Shown: one piece after another, positions 42,136 through 56,586 of the stretch | Position numbering within the stretch: the first letter of the stretch is position 1 | Layout of the letters: each line of letters begins with the position of its first letter | Assembly (NCBI GenBank): GCA_023515725.1 | Contig: JALDTO010000246.1 | Location: 1-64,000, forward strand | DNA length: 64,000 bases | Direction of reading: 5' to 3' | Origin: Amoeboaphelidium protococcarum X5 | Taxonomy: Eukaryota; Fungi; Aphelidiomycota | Program-made: the position numbers and the translations under genes | The notes under the pieces: generated by a model | What the model saw: the letters and a program-made list of their open reading frames with translations, nothing else | Told to the model about the DNA's origin: nothing | Databases searched by the model: none

Positions 42136-42680
42136 TTGATGCCGCACTGAATGACGCGTTGAGATGAATGAATAGATTAACTAAATATTTAAATACCCTC
42201 GATTGAATGATCTAATACAAACTAACCTCGATTAAGACGCATTACTAAAACGATATGAATGACGCCACATCTTTAAAATGCGACTCCTTACTCAATCAAT
42301 CAGTGTTAATGTGTGTGAGTGTGGCGAGTGATGGAAATTCAATCTTTCCTAATCGCCTCCTGATTTTTCCTGCGAATCAAATTGCTGCGTCACATTGCGA
42401 TCAAAAACTGCTGCAGAGGAACACACGCGCCTTACTGCTTTTTATTCACCTACTATACTTTGTGCTTTCGAATATAATAATAATTCAATTGTGTCTTATT
42501 ATTATTATTATTATTAAATTCCTGGAGTTTACAATTATTCGGGATATTATAATCATCATCTATACCGAGAGTATATTTAGAGAAATTTCATTTACATCCA
42601 ACTGTAGTGAGTAGCGTTGATATTTGTCATCTTACAATTGGATATACAGTATATTAAGAAGCTACTACCTATATCGAGAA

Positions 42681-44273
42681 ATGAGTAATAACAGTAATAA
42701 TTCGGATAATCCGTTTGTGAAGAATCTTCCGTATTAGCAGTAATAGTCCCAATCTAAAGGTCCTACTGCGTGCTTTGTGTGTCGAGCTGCACACGTTGGA
42801 TGTGACAAGAAGCGTCCATGTGGTAGATGTACTCGACTGGGCAAGGATTGTATTGAGGTGGATGATAGCAATCGCCACATATTGAGCACCAGTGCCGCTG
42901 TTAGAAATAAAGACGTGAATCTTCCGTCTAAAGATAGTTTGCCTCTCGCATTCGCTGGCAATGGTCTGATGAGGATGAGCTATGGCGGCGTGTCGTCGGC
43001 TGCATTGTAGACTATGGCTGGTGTTGTTGGTGCTGCTCAGAGTGGTAGTGCTGGCGGTAGATCGACTTCTGCTAGAGCATCTACTGGATCTGCGGCATTG
43101 ATGAATAACGGTGGTGGATACCCAGTGGTGCCGATGAATGCCAAGTTGCCTACTGCTCTGTTTCCCCCTATGAGCTTCAATGGTGGCGTAGTCGGTAGTA
43201 GTAATCTTGCAGTTGGTATGCAATAGAGTGGCAATGCTAATTTCAATGCTAAGTCTACCGCGCCTGGTGTCGTAAGTGGTGTCTCTGGTGGTATTAATCC
43301 TGCTTAGATATCGACACCTGGTATGATCAGTACTCCGTTGAGTTACTCTGAACTGGAGGCCAAGACGCCTGGTAGCGTTATTCCTATTGGCAGTCAGGGC
43401 ATAGTTGGATGTCTGAACTGTAGAACATCCCATGTGAGTTGCGATAAGGGCAGACCATGTTCGCGCTGCGTACGCCTTGGTACCACTGCCCATTGTATCG
43501 ATCCTCCTAGTGCGCGTAAACTTGCATCTTCTGGTTCTGGTAGAAATGATAGCATCGCGTCTGGTGTTGGCCTTTCTGCATCTCATAGTCAGTCGCTTGT
43601 ATCATCCACTTTATCCCTGCCAGACTCTGTGGTGGGTGGTGATGTAATGGATGTCCGCCAGTTGAACTAGTAGAATCAGGCTGCATTCTTTAATGAGATT
43701 TTTATGGCTCAGCAATAGTAGTAGTAATAGCAACAGGTATAACAACTGTAGCAGTATATCTCTGAACATGAAAATGATCTGTATCGCTCAATGGACGAGC
43801 CTCCATTTGCTTTCTGCTTAACTAAGGATGAGCTGCTGGCTGAGGCACGGGCGTTGGGATTGAAGGTGGAGACTAATACGTATCTGGTCACTAGGGATGG
43901 AAAGAGAAGAAACTCAGACTCTGATGCATCGTCGTCGTAATTATCATCGTCATCATCATCTGCAGGCGCGTCCAAGCATAACCACAATCTGGATGATAAG
44001 AAGAAAAAGGCCAAGCTTTGTGGTGGCGGTCTGATAGATTTGAATGTATATCCAACTCCTGCTGGTACACCTCCACCTGCGTTCAACAACCTCATTGGAG
44101 ATGATCGCAGCGATGATACGAGTTGTGCAGATGGGATCACCGTGAAAGATGATATTCGCCTGGCCAAGAACACGGTTCAAGACAATGGAGCCTAGACTGA
44201 CTTTGACTTTCTGCTTGAAGATTCCCTGCTGTCCAATTGCTCATACCTGCCGCCATCATTGCAATAGAACTGA
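42681..44273 (+). CDS. Transcription factor with two Zn(II)2Cys6 clusters (530 aa)
   Basis: CFVCRAAHVGCDKKRPCGRCTRLGKDC and CLNCRTSHVSCDKGRPCSRCVRLGTTAHC in one frame. Confidence 0.9.
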
Positions 44274-44451
44274 GTGATTTTAGTTACTTGGTTACTTTTA
44301 TTCTTGGGGTGTGTGTATGAAATGGAATATCTTATGTAGCCTGCCAGTTTGCATATGACATGCATTGATCACAAGCACATATATTTAGTTAATGAACACT
44401 AACCAAGAAACTCATATTTGTAAAATCTATCATTATTTTATTTACACTCAC

Positions 44452-45357
44452 TCACTCATCATCATCATCATCATCATCGTCATCGTTATCTTGCATCAAA
44501 TGTATCATATTAACAAATTGATTGAACGTCAAATCGATATCAACAACATTTTCCAAAGCATCATCATCCTCGCCTTGGTCATCCATAGATTATAGTGATA
44601 AAGAGTCAACAACTTTAAGTCCAGTCAAATAATCAGCGAGATCCATACCAGAGGCTATCTGACCAAATATGTCTTCATACTACTAAATGAAATCCTCAAC
44701 CTTCATGGCGAATAATACGCGTTCATTCAAAGGTATAGAAGGATCAAACTTTACCATTTGAGAAAATCGTCTTATGCGCTCCATTGAAGCAAGATCTTAT
44801 TGGTCATAACAAGAAGTACCACCAGCGAACGCGTCAACATCATCCACTGCCATCTATTATCGAATCAGTTCAGCAATATCAACTTTATTCTATAACTCAT
44901 CGCTTCCTGACTGAGGCTATTTCTCATTACTATCTGCATGGGAATTAACAAATATTGTATTGCCATTAACAACTTCACAGATTCGCACTAAAAATGATTA
45001 TGCATCTTCTTGACTTGCCGGATTTCGCGTGATTACATGTAAATTTGGCGTATAATCACCATTCGCAGCATAGACTCGTATTACTTGCATCAGTTCATTC
45101 TTATTAGTATCATCGCTGTGAGATTTAGCTTATTAGCGTAAGATATTAATCTACTTCATGGCCTCCTGGTTAATGTGACGCATTTTATCACAATGACCAA
45201 ATCTATCAGGATGAATTTTGCTAATCATTGCATTAATCTCTGGCTTAATCTGGTCCAATACTGATCGCTGCTGTTTAGCCTTTTGTTGATACAGTCTTTT
45301 ATTCAATATACAATATTTTTTAATTCTAGGTGTCGATCTTGATATCCTGACTATCAT
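44452..45357 (-). CDS. Probable mitochondrial DUF4460/TCAIM-like protein (301 aa)
   Basis: Basic N-terminus, KIHPDRFGHCDKMRHINQEAMKQIN, acidic tail; TGA 44452-44454. Confidence 0.6.
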
Positions 45358-45557
45358 TACTACTGTCCCTTAGCGTGTCAAATCCAGTATTTTTAGAAGA
45401 ATTCCACCACTTTTCAAAATTGCTGAGACTATTTAAAAGCTCTGCCTTGCGCTTGCTCTCTGCGCGCCCAACTTCCCTTTTTCGTCAAGGCAATCGAGAT
45501 TTATCAACGTTATAATCATATTATATAAAATCGTCATACATTTACAGTTTGGAAATA

Positions 45558-45989
45558 ATGTTGGCAGAAATAACCAAGTGGGCCAAGGCATTAAGGGAGA
45601 ATAGATCGCTGACAAAGACGCTGAAGAACTGGTTCGAGATTAATGATATTAAGGCTGGTAGATTTGTCGGTCAAGACGCACTGGGCAACAAGTATTATGA
45701 GAATCGGGATGAGGTTGTGTATTAGAGGGACCGCTGGGTGCAGTATAATCAGTAAAACTTTCCCCGTGAACCATCTCAGATTCCGCCAGAGTGGCATGCC
45801 TGGATGCACCGTATGACTGATGTTCCGCCAAGTTCTGAGCAGGCTATTGAAAGGTTCTACGTTGACAAGGCCCATTTCGCTCTCAGCGATCATCAAGGTA
45901 ATCGTACTGGAGGTGATAGTGGATTTAGAACATACAGCACCACTTATCCGCGGTACCAGGCATGGGTGCCTTAATCTAAATAAAGATGA
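45558..45989 (+). CDS. NDUFA12: Complex I subunit NDUFA12 (143 aa)
   Basis: GRFVGQDALGNKYYEN, RDRWVQY, SQIPPEWHAWMH, YQAWVP. Confidence 0.93.
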
Positions 45990-46088
45990 AATGAATAGTA
46001 GTTACAAGATTTTATTAAAATTACTCACTACTTTCTTATCATTGTCGCTGCCTGCTTTGTTATTTGAACATTCGGTAATTCATCATGG

Positions 46089-47156
46089 TCATAGACTGCT
46101 TCTTTGCTTTTAATCATCAGCCTTTAGTAATGGAACGATAACTTTACCGCAGCTCTTACCGCTGTGCAAGTGATCAACCGCTCGAGTAATGTCTTTCAAT
46201 CCCGTAAAATCTTGCATATCACAATAGGCTTCAATTTCATTGGATGCGATGCTCTTGATCAACTGCGGTAGGACCTGAGGAATCTCCTTGTAATAATTAT
46301 TTAGGAAAAAGCCGTGAATAGACAGCGATTTGGATAGCAGTATCGCAGTGCTAATCTAGTCCTGCCATATGTCTTGAAAAGTCTTACCACCCTCCTCTTT
46401 ATAACTGACGATAGAGCCGATTACCAGGATGCGGCCGCGTGGAGCCAAGCTATTCAGACAAGTCTTGAACAACTGTCCACCAACAGATTCAAACACGCAA
46501 TCGATACCTTTGGGGAATTTGGCCTTCAACACATCGCCGACATTCTCAGTCTTGTAGTTGATCACCATGTCACATCCCCAATGCTTCAGCTTCTCCGCTT
46601 TCTCCTCAGTTGAGCACGTTCCAATGACAGTCTTGGCCTTCAGTACCTTCTTGGCGTACTGTACAGCAAAGTGACCCAGACCGCCAGCAGACGCCGTGAT
46701 CAACACCGTCTCGCCCTGTTTCAGCTGAGCCTTCTCAGTCAGAGCCAGCGCGGCAGTCAAACCACTCACCGCAGCAACGAGAAACTTTGCACTCGCCTCC
46801 GGAATGGGAACGGCCGCGCTCTGATTCAACAGAATGTACTCAGCGAAGGAGCCCGGTTGCATGAAAAGAACCGGCTGGCCAGTTTTCAAGTGCTGCACAT
46901 CATCACCAACCTTGTCGATCACTCCCACGCCTTCAAATCCAGAATCGAATGGAGGTTTAACACTGGGATCATAGCGACCGGAAGTAAAGTTGATATCTGA
47001 CGCGTTAATGCCCACATAGTGAACCTTGACCAGAACCTGATCTCTGCCAGGCTACAGTTGATCCAAGTCGCAAGTCACAACTTCTGTTGCTTCGCTAAAG
47101 TTTGTAGTCAACTTCTGCACCACCAACTTCTGATATGTATTTCCACCTTGAACCAT
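46089..47156 (-). CDS. PTGR3: MDR oxidoreductase, PTGR3/ZADH2-like (355 aa), C-terminal SSL (PTS1-like)
   Basis: VGINASDINFTSGRY, GFEGVG, ASAGGLG, FESVGG, HSGKSCGKVIV. Confidence 0.88.
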
Positions 47157-47319
47157 TTTTTTCTTAATCTTTTTTAGTACTAGATTTTAATTTAAGGTAC
47201 AATTTGAGCTAAAATGAGGCAGCAAAAGATGAAAGGGATATTGATGGATGTTGCGATCAAAACAGAATTGTAAATCGAATAACGTAAGCTCAACAAAAAC
47301 TTTACATAAGCAAATGACA

Positions 47320-50300
47320 TCATTATTGCATGACAACTTTCTGAATTTCACTCTTCTGTAATGCTCTATTGAGAATATGCTCTTCCACAGTGCCACGAGT
47401 AATGAGACGATAGACAGTGACTTGGCGAGTCTGTCCAAGGCGATGCGAGCGATCCATGGCCTGTTGATCGTTGGTGGGATTCCAGTCGTGCTCAAAGAAT
47501 ATGATAGTATCAGCAGCAGTCAAATTGATCCCAAGACCACCAGCTCTAGTAGATAGGATGAATATAAAGATATCAGGATCTTGCTAGAATTGAGAAACCA
47601 TATCACGTCTATCTGAAATCTTTGTTGAACCATCCAACCTGAGATATCGGTATTTCGTCTGTGCCAAGTACTCTTCAAACAGGTCCATCATTCGCGTCAT
47701 TTAAAAGTAAATCAAGACTTTATGACCACCATTCTTCAACTCTTTAAGGAGACCATGTATAGCCTAAATCTTGCCAGAGTCAAAGAGAATCTTTTTGAAA
47801 TCAGGAATATCAATATAAGAGAAGCCATTGAGTGTGAGAGGAGGATCAAAACAATCAGTGCCATAGAATTTCGAGTACAGATATGATGAAGAGGATCTTT
47901 CAAATACTTATTTGATCAGATTCGGTTGTATAGACAGATTTTACTAGTGAATAGCCAGTCTAGAAGAGGAAGCATGAAGGAGAGGTGCGTTAGTTATAAC
48001 CTTATCGATTACATGAGCATTAAAATATCTAAATTCATCTACAAATAACCTCTGTCTGACATTAAGAAGCTCTTCCAAGGGACTGAACTCTTGTGCAATG
48101 TAAGGATTATAAAGTGCAGATTCAAATCGCAGCGATAGATCTACTTTACTCCTCTAGAGTTCGAAAGATTTCAACTTGGTGACATTCTACATGTACGCGT
48201 CAAGGTCCTCTAAATCTTGGCCATCTTATAAATTAAGTCCAAGAAACTTATTGAGTAGTTCAAGACACTCTGCTCTAGGCTCTATATAATTGGTAGCTTT
48301 ATGTTCAATCTTATTTTCAATAATGAGTTTAGGCAGTCGATACTCAATGGGATTTGAGCGATCAGCATCAGATAAATACTCTGACATATCATTGCTGCTA
48401 CTAGTCATAGATGATGAGAATGCAATTGAGCTCTTCACAGATGCAATATCAAATAACTAGACGTGATTAACAACTTTACGCAGCTATACAAACGCATTCA
48501 TCAACTTATCGCTCTACTCCTGATCGTCGTCACTCTTCAACTGCAACTTCTGCAGTAAATTATCCATCTCTACATCTTTGGATAGATAGCTGTACATTTT
48601 TTTCTGCTTAAAAGTCATGTCACAATAGACAGTCTTTTCAATTTTATCACCAAGCTCAGACTCCACTTCCTTCTTGGTGCGCCGAAGCATGAATGGTTTC
48701 AAGATCATGTGAAGACGATCAACCTGCACTTGATCCAGCTTGGACGACCCTTTACTCACGGCATGAGACTCTATATCTTTACTAAACCACGATGCAAACT
48801 CTTCATGAGAATCAAACAGAGTGGGCATGATAAAGTGTAATAAGGCCCAGAGCTCCTGCATATTGTTCTGAATGGGAGTTCCAGTGAGGAGTAGACGGTT
48901 GCGACAATTCAATTTCAACAGCGTCTTCCATCGAGTCGTTCCAGAACTCTTGATAGCATGCGCTTCATCCAAGATCAAATACTTCCATTTCTAACGCTGA
49001 AAATACGGCTGATCTTGCACCACAATCTAATAACTCGTGATAAGTACATGATACTCACTGTTTCGATTAAACTAGAACTTTTTGGTGGTCCAAAACTTTC
49101 GCAGAGTCTATCGATCTTTAGATGATCCCCAGTAAGGAAGCAATTTAAGAGCTGGTGCAAATTTGTTAAATTCCTAATACCAGTTGTGCAAAGTACTGGC
49201 CGGCACAACCACTAGAAATGGACCCCAAATGTTCTTCACCTCAGCCAGCCAAGAGACGAGAGCAATGGTCTACGCAGTTTTACCGAGGCCCATATCATCA
49301 GCAAGGATGCCGTTGATTCCCTGTTCATATAGAGAGCACAACCATTACAATCCCTTCAACTAATACGGCTTCAACTTCATTTAAAATAACTCTGGCTATT
49401 TAATATCCAGCTTCAACTGTTAATTCGTACCACCTTTTTAGGAATCTCTTCTCTTTGAGCCACCTTAAGAAGAGTCGTTATCATCATCATCATAATCAAA
49501 TTAAGATACTTTAGCCAATTGCTTATTCACAGCGCTTTAAGCTTATTGCGATGCAAGTTGGTACAAGTCCTGCTCAGTCATGTGGTCAAAAGATCCACCA
49601 GCGGCTTAAATATTTCGCTATGGTTGCGATTGACTGGGAGACTGCACCTCATTCTGACCCTTATTCTTCACAAAATGACTATACAACTCTGTCTAATTAA
49701 TAAGAAATTGCAACTTCTTTGCCTAACGCTTCTTCTCCATCTCCTCCTCTTCCACTTTCAGACGCTCCAACTTCTCCTTCTCAGCCCTCTTCAGACGCTC
49801 CTTCTCAATCTTCTCATTCTACTTCCAGTACTGTGCCACATCCTTGCCGACCTTTTTTACTTTAGCAGCACGCTCCTTCTGCTCCTTGGATGAGAGCTAC
49901 GTCGTCTACTTGGTGCCAAGAGCTGCAGAGTTATTGTAGACTGTGAGAGCATTCTACGCCAGAATCTATGAGCACTTGACTCTACCAACACGAGAAGCCA
50001 GTCTAATCGAACTCGCCTGTGGTATCTACTTACAAATATCAGACCAGCAGCGCTTGACTTCCAACTCAATATCCACGTCCGGCAGAGAAGATTTCTATAG
50101 TTCAAGCATCAGTCCATGCAAAGTCTTTTACTTCTTCAGCTCCGTCTGTTGTTCATGCTCCACCAAGACACGCTTCTTCTTCTCTTCAAACGCCGCCTTG
50201 TACTAATCCAGACGTTATTCCCTCTCCACAGATGTAAGAGTTATTTGAGGTGTTAAATTGAGCTGAGGTGGTGGTAACAGAGTGCTATACTAGCCATTGA

Positions 50301-50427
50301 GTCCACCATATCCAGTCGACATGAAAGACGATGGAGCCATGCCATTACCCAAAGACTACTAATGCTACTACTAATCTTGAAGCTACTTGTGCAGAATGTA
50401 CTACTATAGTTGATGATTGAAATCCAT
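47320..50427 (-). CDS. INO80: Ino80 chromatin-remodelling ATPase (1035 aa)
   Basis: [74 protein letters not shown]. Confidence 0.95.
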
Positions 50428-51279
50428 AATTTGGAACTAGTAGAGCAATGAATGAACAGATAAAAATTATATATGCGTTTCCCTAATCACCACTTTCTGT
50501 AATAATGGATGATGATGATATGAATAACAAAGTGGAAAGAGAAGCCGATTCTTGTTTGACTCTCTGAGCTCTTTGCCAGCTGACCAACTAATTGAATTGT
50601 TTCTTTTTCCGTCGCTATCACCAACTCATATTAATCTTCTTCTTCTTGATCGCTCTCTTATTCGTCGTCGTCGTCGTCGTCACTCTTGTTATCTCTCTTC
50701 TCCCTTCTCTGTGAATGGATTGATTTGATTGATTGATTGATGGGATTGATTGGCCGAAAGAAGTCTCTCTCTCTCTCTCTCTCATGGAAACACGGCAGAC
50801 TGAAACGGAACGTTTTCGCGACATTCTTTTCGTCGCGGTGTCTCTCTTCCGTTTCTCCGTTTCAAAAGGGCCCCGCAATCTCGTTGGCCCGCTCCCTCTT
50901 TTGTACGCGTTACTATCATTTTGTATTGATTACAAAGTTATTAAGGTGAGGACGCGACATGTATCATGTGTTGTCTTAACAGATTATAGTTATACTTACT
51001 TAGTGTATGTAAATGAAATATAAAATTAATAATAACCCCCTTCTTACTTCAGCGTTGTCATGTGAGCCTTTAAAGTCGTCCATCATTGCTGGAAAGGGAC
51101 CGCAATTTGTGTGTGATCAGCGAATCAGCGCTCGTTTCTCCTTTGATTTAAAATTGATTTTCATTTATTCGATCAGCTTCATCACCTTCTGCATCAAATT
51201 AATTTTAAATATACTCATTTAATTCATCTGCTTTAATTCATAATAACTTTAGTGTAATAACAGGAAGTAGTGAGTGATA

Positions 51280-53925
51280 ATGAATTTAAATTAGCCACCA
51301 AGTAATCTGTAACCTGGAAATAGCAGTGAGAGAAATTCGCCGAGAAGACGTACAACTATGGGGTTGCCTTACAACAGGTCAGCTAGTAACAGTAGATATG
51401 ATGATCATGATTATAACTCAAGCTCGTCTGAGAATGAAATTGACAATATAAACATCAATTATAATGAAAGTGGTGACCAGGTATTTGATCGTAATCTAGA
51501 CAGAATGTCCTCCCCTGCAATCATTAGTGAGGATATGTGTCTACGGGAGAGGTAGAATGCCATTAATCAGACTCATCCATTCGGTATAAGATTATGGAAA
51601 CCGGCTTTGTATAAAAAGACGCGTACTATTGAGCAAGTCTCGTATGATGATGTGCACAGGAGTCCGTCTTTTACCGCTAGAATCATCAATCCTGGTAATG
51701 TTGTGTGGTCTCTGTTATTTGGCTGGTGGATTGCACTGGTGTATTTTGTCGCTGGTGTGCTCATGTTCCTCCTCTCAGGGCTGTGGAGTGAGCAGGGCAA
51801 AGTTTATACCAGACTCTTGTTTAGTCTATCATCGTACATGCTCTATCCGTTTGGTAGATTTGTTGAACGCGTCTGGGACTTGAATGATTGGGAAGAGTCT
51901 GGTCCTCTGCTGGCATTATAATCACCGTCCTCTGCTGATCAGTCGCCATCCGCTACACCATCGCCCAAGACTATGAATTCAGTCAATAAAGATGTTGATA
52001 ATGATATTGGCGGCTTCATAACGTCCTTCAAAGATAATGGTATTGCAATGGGCGATGAATCTTTACCATCCTCTCCCGTGACCAGAGTTTAGTCAATGTT
52101 GACTCTTGCTCAGTAATGGCTGTCCTGTCGTTGGAGAAATGTGAAGAGAATGAGTTATAGCGATATGGTATTCTACACTCTTCAAGTAATCATTGTGTAG
52201 CCGGTTTAGTTATTTGCAGGTGCTCTGTGCTGGCTGTTGGTCTTTTCTATTCCAATGGCCAAGCTATCGTGTACATTGTCTGAGAAGATGTGGACCATAC
52301 CGAAGCAGTTGCGCGTCAGTCCGCTGTTGACTCCGTTCTCTTTGCCCACTGGGGAGATATTGATTTGCACTTACAATGGCTTCGGATCCAGGTATTACAA
52401 GTATACCGTGGATGGTGTCAATATCATATTCATCAACTTGATTGCCGTTGTTCTCTTCGCGCTTGTGGATGGTTATTGGCTGGCTCCGCTGCTGGATCAT
52501 AGGGGGATTGCTAATCCTGGTGTGATTTTCATGTTATGTGTTGTATCCGTTCTACCTCTTGCGTATTTTATTGGTATGGCTGTGGCGTCAATATCGTCGC
52601 AGTCTTCATTTGGATTTGGCGCAGTGATCAATGCCACTTTCAGCTCTATTGTGGAGATTATTCTCTACTGGATGGCGATCAGGTAGAATAAGGGATTGTT
52701 GGTGGAAGGTGCGATTATTGGTTCCTTTATAGCCACCCTTCTCCTACTACCAGGTCTCTCTATGATCAGCGGTGGTGTTGGTAAATGGAAAGAGTAAAAG
52801 TTCAATGTCAAAAGTGCATCAGTAAGTATGGTGTTACTGTATATGGCACTGATTGGAGCATTCACACCGACTCTGTTTTATTCAGTATATGGCAAGTATG
52901 AGTTTAAATGTGACTCTTGTCATTCTAGTGCGGCTGTCTCTGAATCTTCGAGTATAGTCAATCCATTTGATATGATGGCCAAGTGTTCTGGATGCACCTA
53001 TGAACTTCCGCATAATCCTAATTAGGACCCTCTTTACGTGGATAGAGTCAAACCTCTGATGTATTTCTGTGCTGCTGCTTTGCCATCTGCGTATCTAGTA
53101 GGACTTTTATTCACTTTGAGAACTCACGTCAAGTAAATTTATCACACAGACACTCTAAATCATGGCGGTAATCGTAAACATGACTCTCAGCTGTGGAGCT
53201 ATATCAGCACAGATTCACGTAGGAAGTCTGATGCTGTTTTACAACAGTAATCATAGTAACTGCAGTAGTTGAATAACATGACTGACCCTACCGTAATGGC
53301 CAGTTCTACTAATCACACTCAAGATTTTAATATGGGAGCTAGTGCTGGCAATAGTTAAATGCACTAGTCGTAGACTAATAATAAAAATAACAATACGTCT
53401 CATGGTAATTCTGGTGGTAGTCATGAAGCGCCTGAATGGAGCAAGACTAAATCTGCAGTCATCCTTCTGGTGTCCACCGTGTTATTTGCGCTGCTTGCAG
53501 AGAAGTTGGTGGACACTGTTGACTCGGTAATTGAAGGTGGTGGTGTATCTGAGAAATTTCTCGGTCTGACTCTGTTTGCCATTGTCCCATCGTTTACCGA
53601 ATTCCTTAATGCTATAGCGTTCGCCATGTATGGAAATGTCTCGCTATCTCTAGAGATTGGATGTGCGTATGTGGTACAAATTGCCCTCATCTAAATCCCT
53701 ATTCTAGTTGGACTGTCTGCATTCTGGAATGCTTTCAATAACATCCCGGATACGATAGAGCGCTCATTCACTTTGATATTTCCGCGATGGGATCTATACA
53801 CAGTCTTCTTTGCTGTATTCCTGCTCAGCTACACGTACATTGAGGGAAAGTCGAATTATTTCAAGGGAAGTATTCTAACATTGTCCTATCTGGTCTTGAT
53901 CATAAGCTTCTATTACGCCGAGTGA
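51280..53925 (+). CDS. VNX1: Vnx1-type cation/H+ exchanger (CAX family, 881 aa)
   Basis: RQNAINQTHPFGIRLWKPALYKK, YYKYTVDGVNI, GAVINATFSSIVE, EFLNAIAFA, EGKSNYFKG. Confidence 0.93.
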
Positions 53926-54063
53926 TGACGGTGATCTGATAACATAAGAAAGCATTGAATTAAAATTTGTGAATTGTTGAGTACAAGTAAACTATTATTT
54001 TAGTAATAACTGATTACACTGTTTTATTTAATTGTCCATCACTTTTGCATTCAGCAAGAAAAT

Positions 54064-54930
54064 TCAAATCTCAGCAACTGGCTATTGAATGGATTTCAAG
54101 GCTGAATAATGATAGTCTACCAGCCATTCAAGATCGAGCAATACACTCTACTGATACTGTGTACAACCAGCATAAATCTTGCCGAGAAAATCAATCATTG
54201 CACCAGATACAATGACACCAGTCAATACATTCTACTATTAAAAGAAGATTCTATCAATCGCGAATGGATTACCATCATCAGTCTGAATATTGAGAGCTCT
54301 GTGTGCCATCAGCAAAACTTCAGACAAAATTTCCCAAAGCTTGACTTCACTTTCCATCCACTTTTGTATGGATGAGAGCTTGACGGGAGCATCAGCCTCT
54401 GCCGTGCCATTATTCATCATCTCCGGGATCACCTTGGCCAGTTTGGAATGATTTGATCTCAGCCATACGTATGGTCTCTTGTAACGGGCGTATCCGGCAA
54501 TAAGGAAGGCAGTTTTAGTTTGATCTTTTTCAATCTCACGATCACTTGGACTGGCTGGCTGCACTTGACTTCCCTACTCAAGGAGCATTCTAAAGCTTTT
54601 GCTTCTCATAAAAGGCTTCAAACTACACTAGATTGAGCTTATATAATTCAGTTTAGTTGAAACACGCTGATAAATTACGAATTAGAGTGAGCAACAGCAT
54701 TGGTAGTAACTTATTTCTACTTTGATGACGCGGAATCGTTATACACTCGACATAACAACTCCTCTTTTCCTCTCAGATACAACTCAAAGTGCTTGAATCC
54801 CTTCAAACAATAACACTAATAGTGGATATATATGATCATCATGATAGAATGGATAGATTACTTTTAGACAGCCAGCGAGTAAACACTCTTGCAAGAAGGT
54901 GGACAACTTGTTAGGCTCAGCTTTCTACAT
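54064..54930 (-). CDS. Uncharacterised protein; introns 54801-54861 and 54623-54678
   Basis: Spliced product FLQECLLAGCLK/GFKHFELYLRGKEELL...FLIAGYARYKRPYVWLRSNH...KLWEILSEV...NPFAID. Confidence 0.8.
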
Positions 54931-55554
54931 TTATCATACAGCATATAGTTCTAACATTATTCAGATTCAATTGAAAAGCAATACAATACCTTTTATTGCT
55001 GAAGAAATTATGGAGTCATTGAGCCAGACTAGTAAAGCTACTACTGGCTGCCGTATACCATTTGACTTCCTTGATATGGCTGCATTTCAATTATATTGTC
55101 TCAACGAATGATAGTGGAAAAGGGACAGTAAATTGTATAGAGATGATCTGCAAAGGGAAAGAACAAAATGCGCGCGTGTTTCAAAGATGAAGTTTAGAAA
55201 CGCTAGGTGTGCGCACAGAAGCGGGGATCCGTGCAGCTCTGCTACGAATCGACGCAGTTGGTGTTTTACTGTGGAGGCAGATCAGAGTACAATAGATAGG
55301 GAATGGCGTTGATCATACAGTAGAACTTTCGCCAGAGTAGCGTGCAAAGATAACTGTTGAAACAATAATCTGCCATAGAATATACAGTGTAGCCTCAAAC
55401 TTCAGAATTTAAAACGATTATTAAACACGCTAATAAAAACAAACACGTTTCTAGCTTTAGAAGTAGATGTGCAATGACAATAAACTGAATGGGTGGATCA
55501 TAAAACTCTTAAGTAATCATTGAAGCTTTCTTTTCATACATCAACAGAAAACTG

Positions 55555-56472
55555 TCACGATTACTTGCTAACTTGTTCTATCTAGTCTTCAGCTAAACAC
55601 GCTTTTAGATACGGCGCACTAATAGGCTTCTAAATGGGTTCAATATAAGAATATTCACGTCCATTAAATCCTTCAAGTGGATACGTTTTATCAGAATCAA
55701 ATCCATTCAGATCTCCACATGCCATGAATGGCCCAATAAGTTTATTCAGTCTAGTAGACTCTCCTAACTCTTCAGTTTGACGGTAATCATAATAATTACT
55801 CTTAAAGCTAAAGTTTTAGATATTGTGTACGTAGCCTTCAGGCATCTATAACTCTTAACACACCACAAACGCTTCAATACTACTCCCTCGAGAACTGCGA
55901 GGCTTTACACAATGGACGCATTTAAAGAATATCTTTAACTGAGTGTACAAAAGTGTGATATCGCGACCACGAAATATTTTGGCAACAAATGTCCCACCAT
56001 CTTTCAAGACGGCCAGAGCAAGACTAAGTGCAGAAATGACCAGCTAGTGTTGAACATATTCATCCAAATCATGGAGTCCAGTGACATCAGGTGCGCCATC
56101 GCTTATGACCAAATCAGCCTTGGTGCCTTCAAAATGAGCAATAATCTTCTATGCCGTCTGCTCTTGCGTGATATCTCCTTTAAGCACAGTGACATGTGGT
56201 ATAGGCGCCATATCCTATAAATCAACAGCCACTATTTGAACATTATCAATCGACGTATTACTCTACTATCGCTCCTGCACCAATTTATTACTCAACACCT
56301 GACTCCAGCTACCAGGAGCGGCACAAAGATCTACAGCTTTGTTTACTGACTCGTTAAAAATCCCAAATTGCTCATCAATCTATAACAGTTTATACGCAGA
56401 TCTTGCTCTATATCCTTCCTCTTTAGCTAATCGATAATAAATATCGCGTTTATCTTTACTCTATTTCCCCAT
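55555..56472 (-). CDS. TRM7: tRNA 2'-O-methyltransferase Trm7/FTSJ1 (305 aa)
   Basis: [65 protein letters not shown]. Confidence 0.96.
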
Positions 56473-56586
56473 ATTTTGATCTTCTAATTTTAATTTTATT
56501 GCAACGCAGCACTATAGTGAAAATATATTAAAGAGATCAAAAAAGCGCTCAAGTAAAAGACATGCAATCAGTCCATTAACAATGGT

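Noticed and set aside
50600-50800. GTC, GATT and CT microsatellites upstream of INO80 (GA runs also upstream of actin)
   Set aside because: Ordinary simple repeats in promoter or UTR sequence.
54960-55490. Possible small gene between the 54930 gene and TRM7
   Set aside because: Short open frames are expected by chance with a single stop codon; no recognisable motif.
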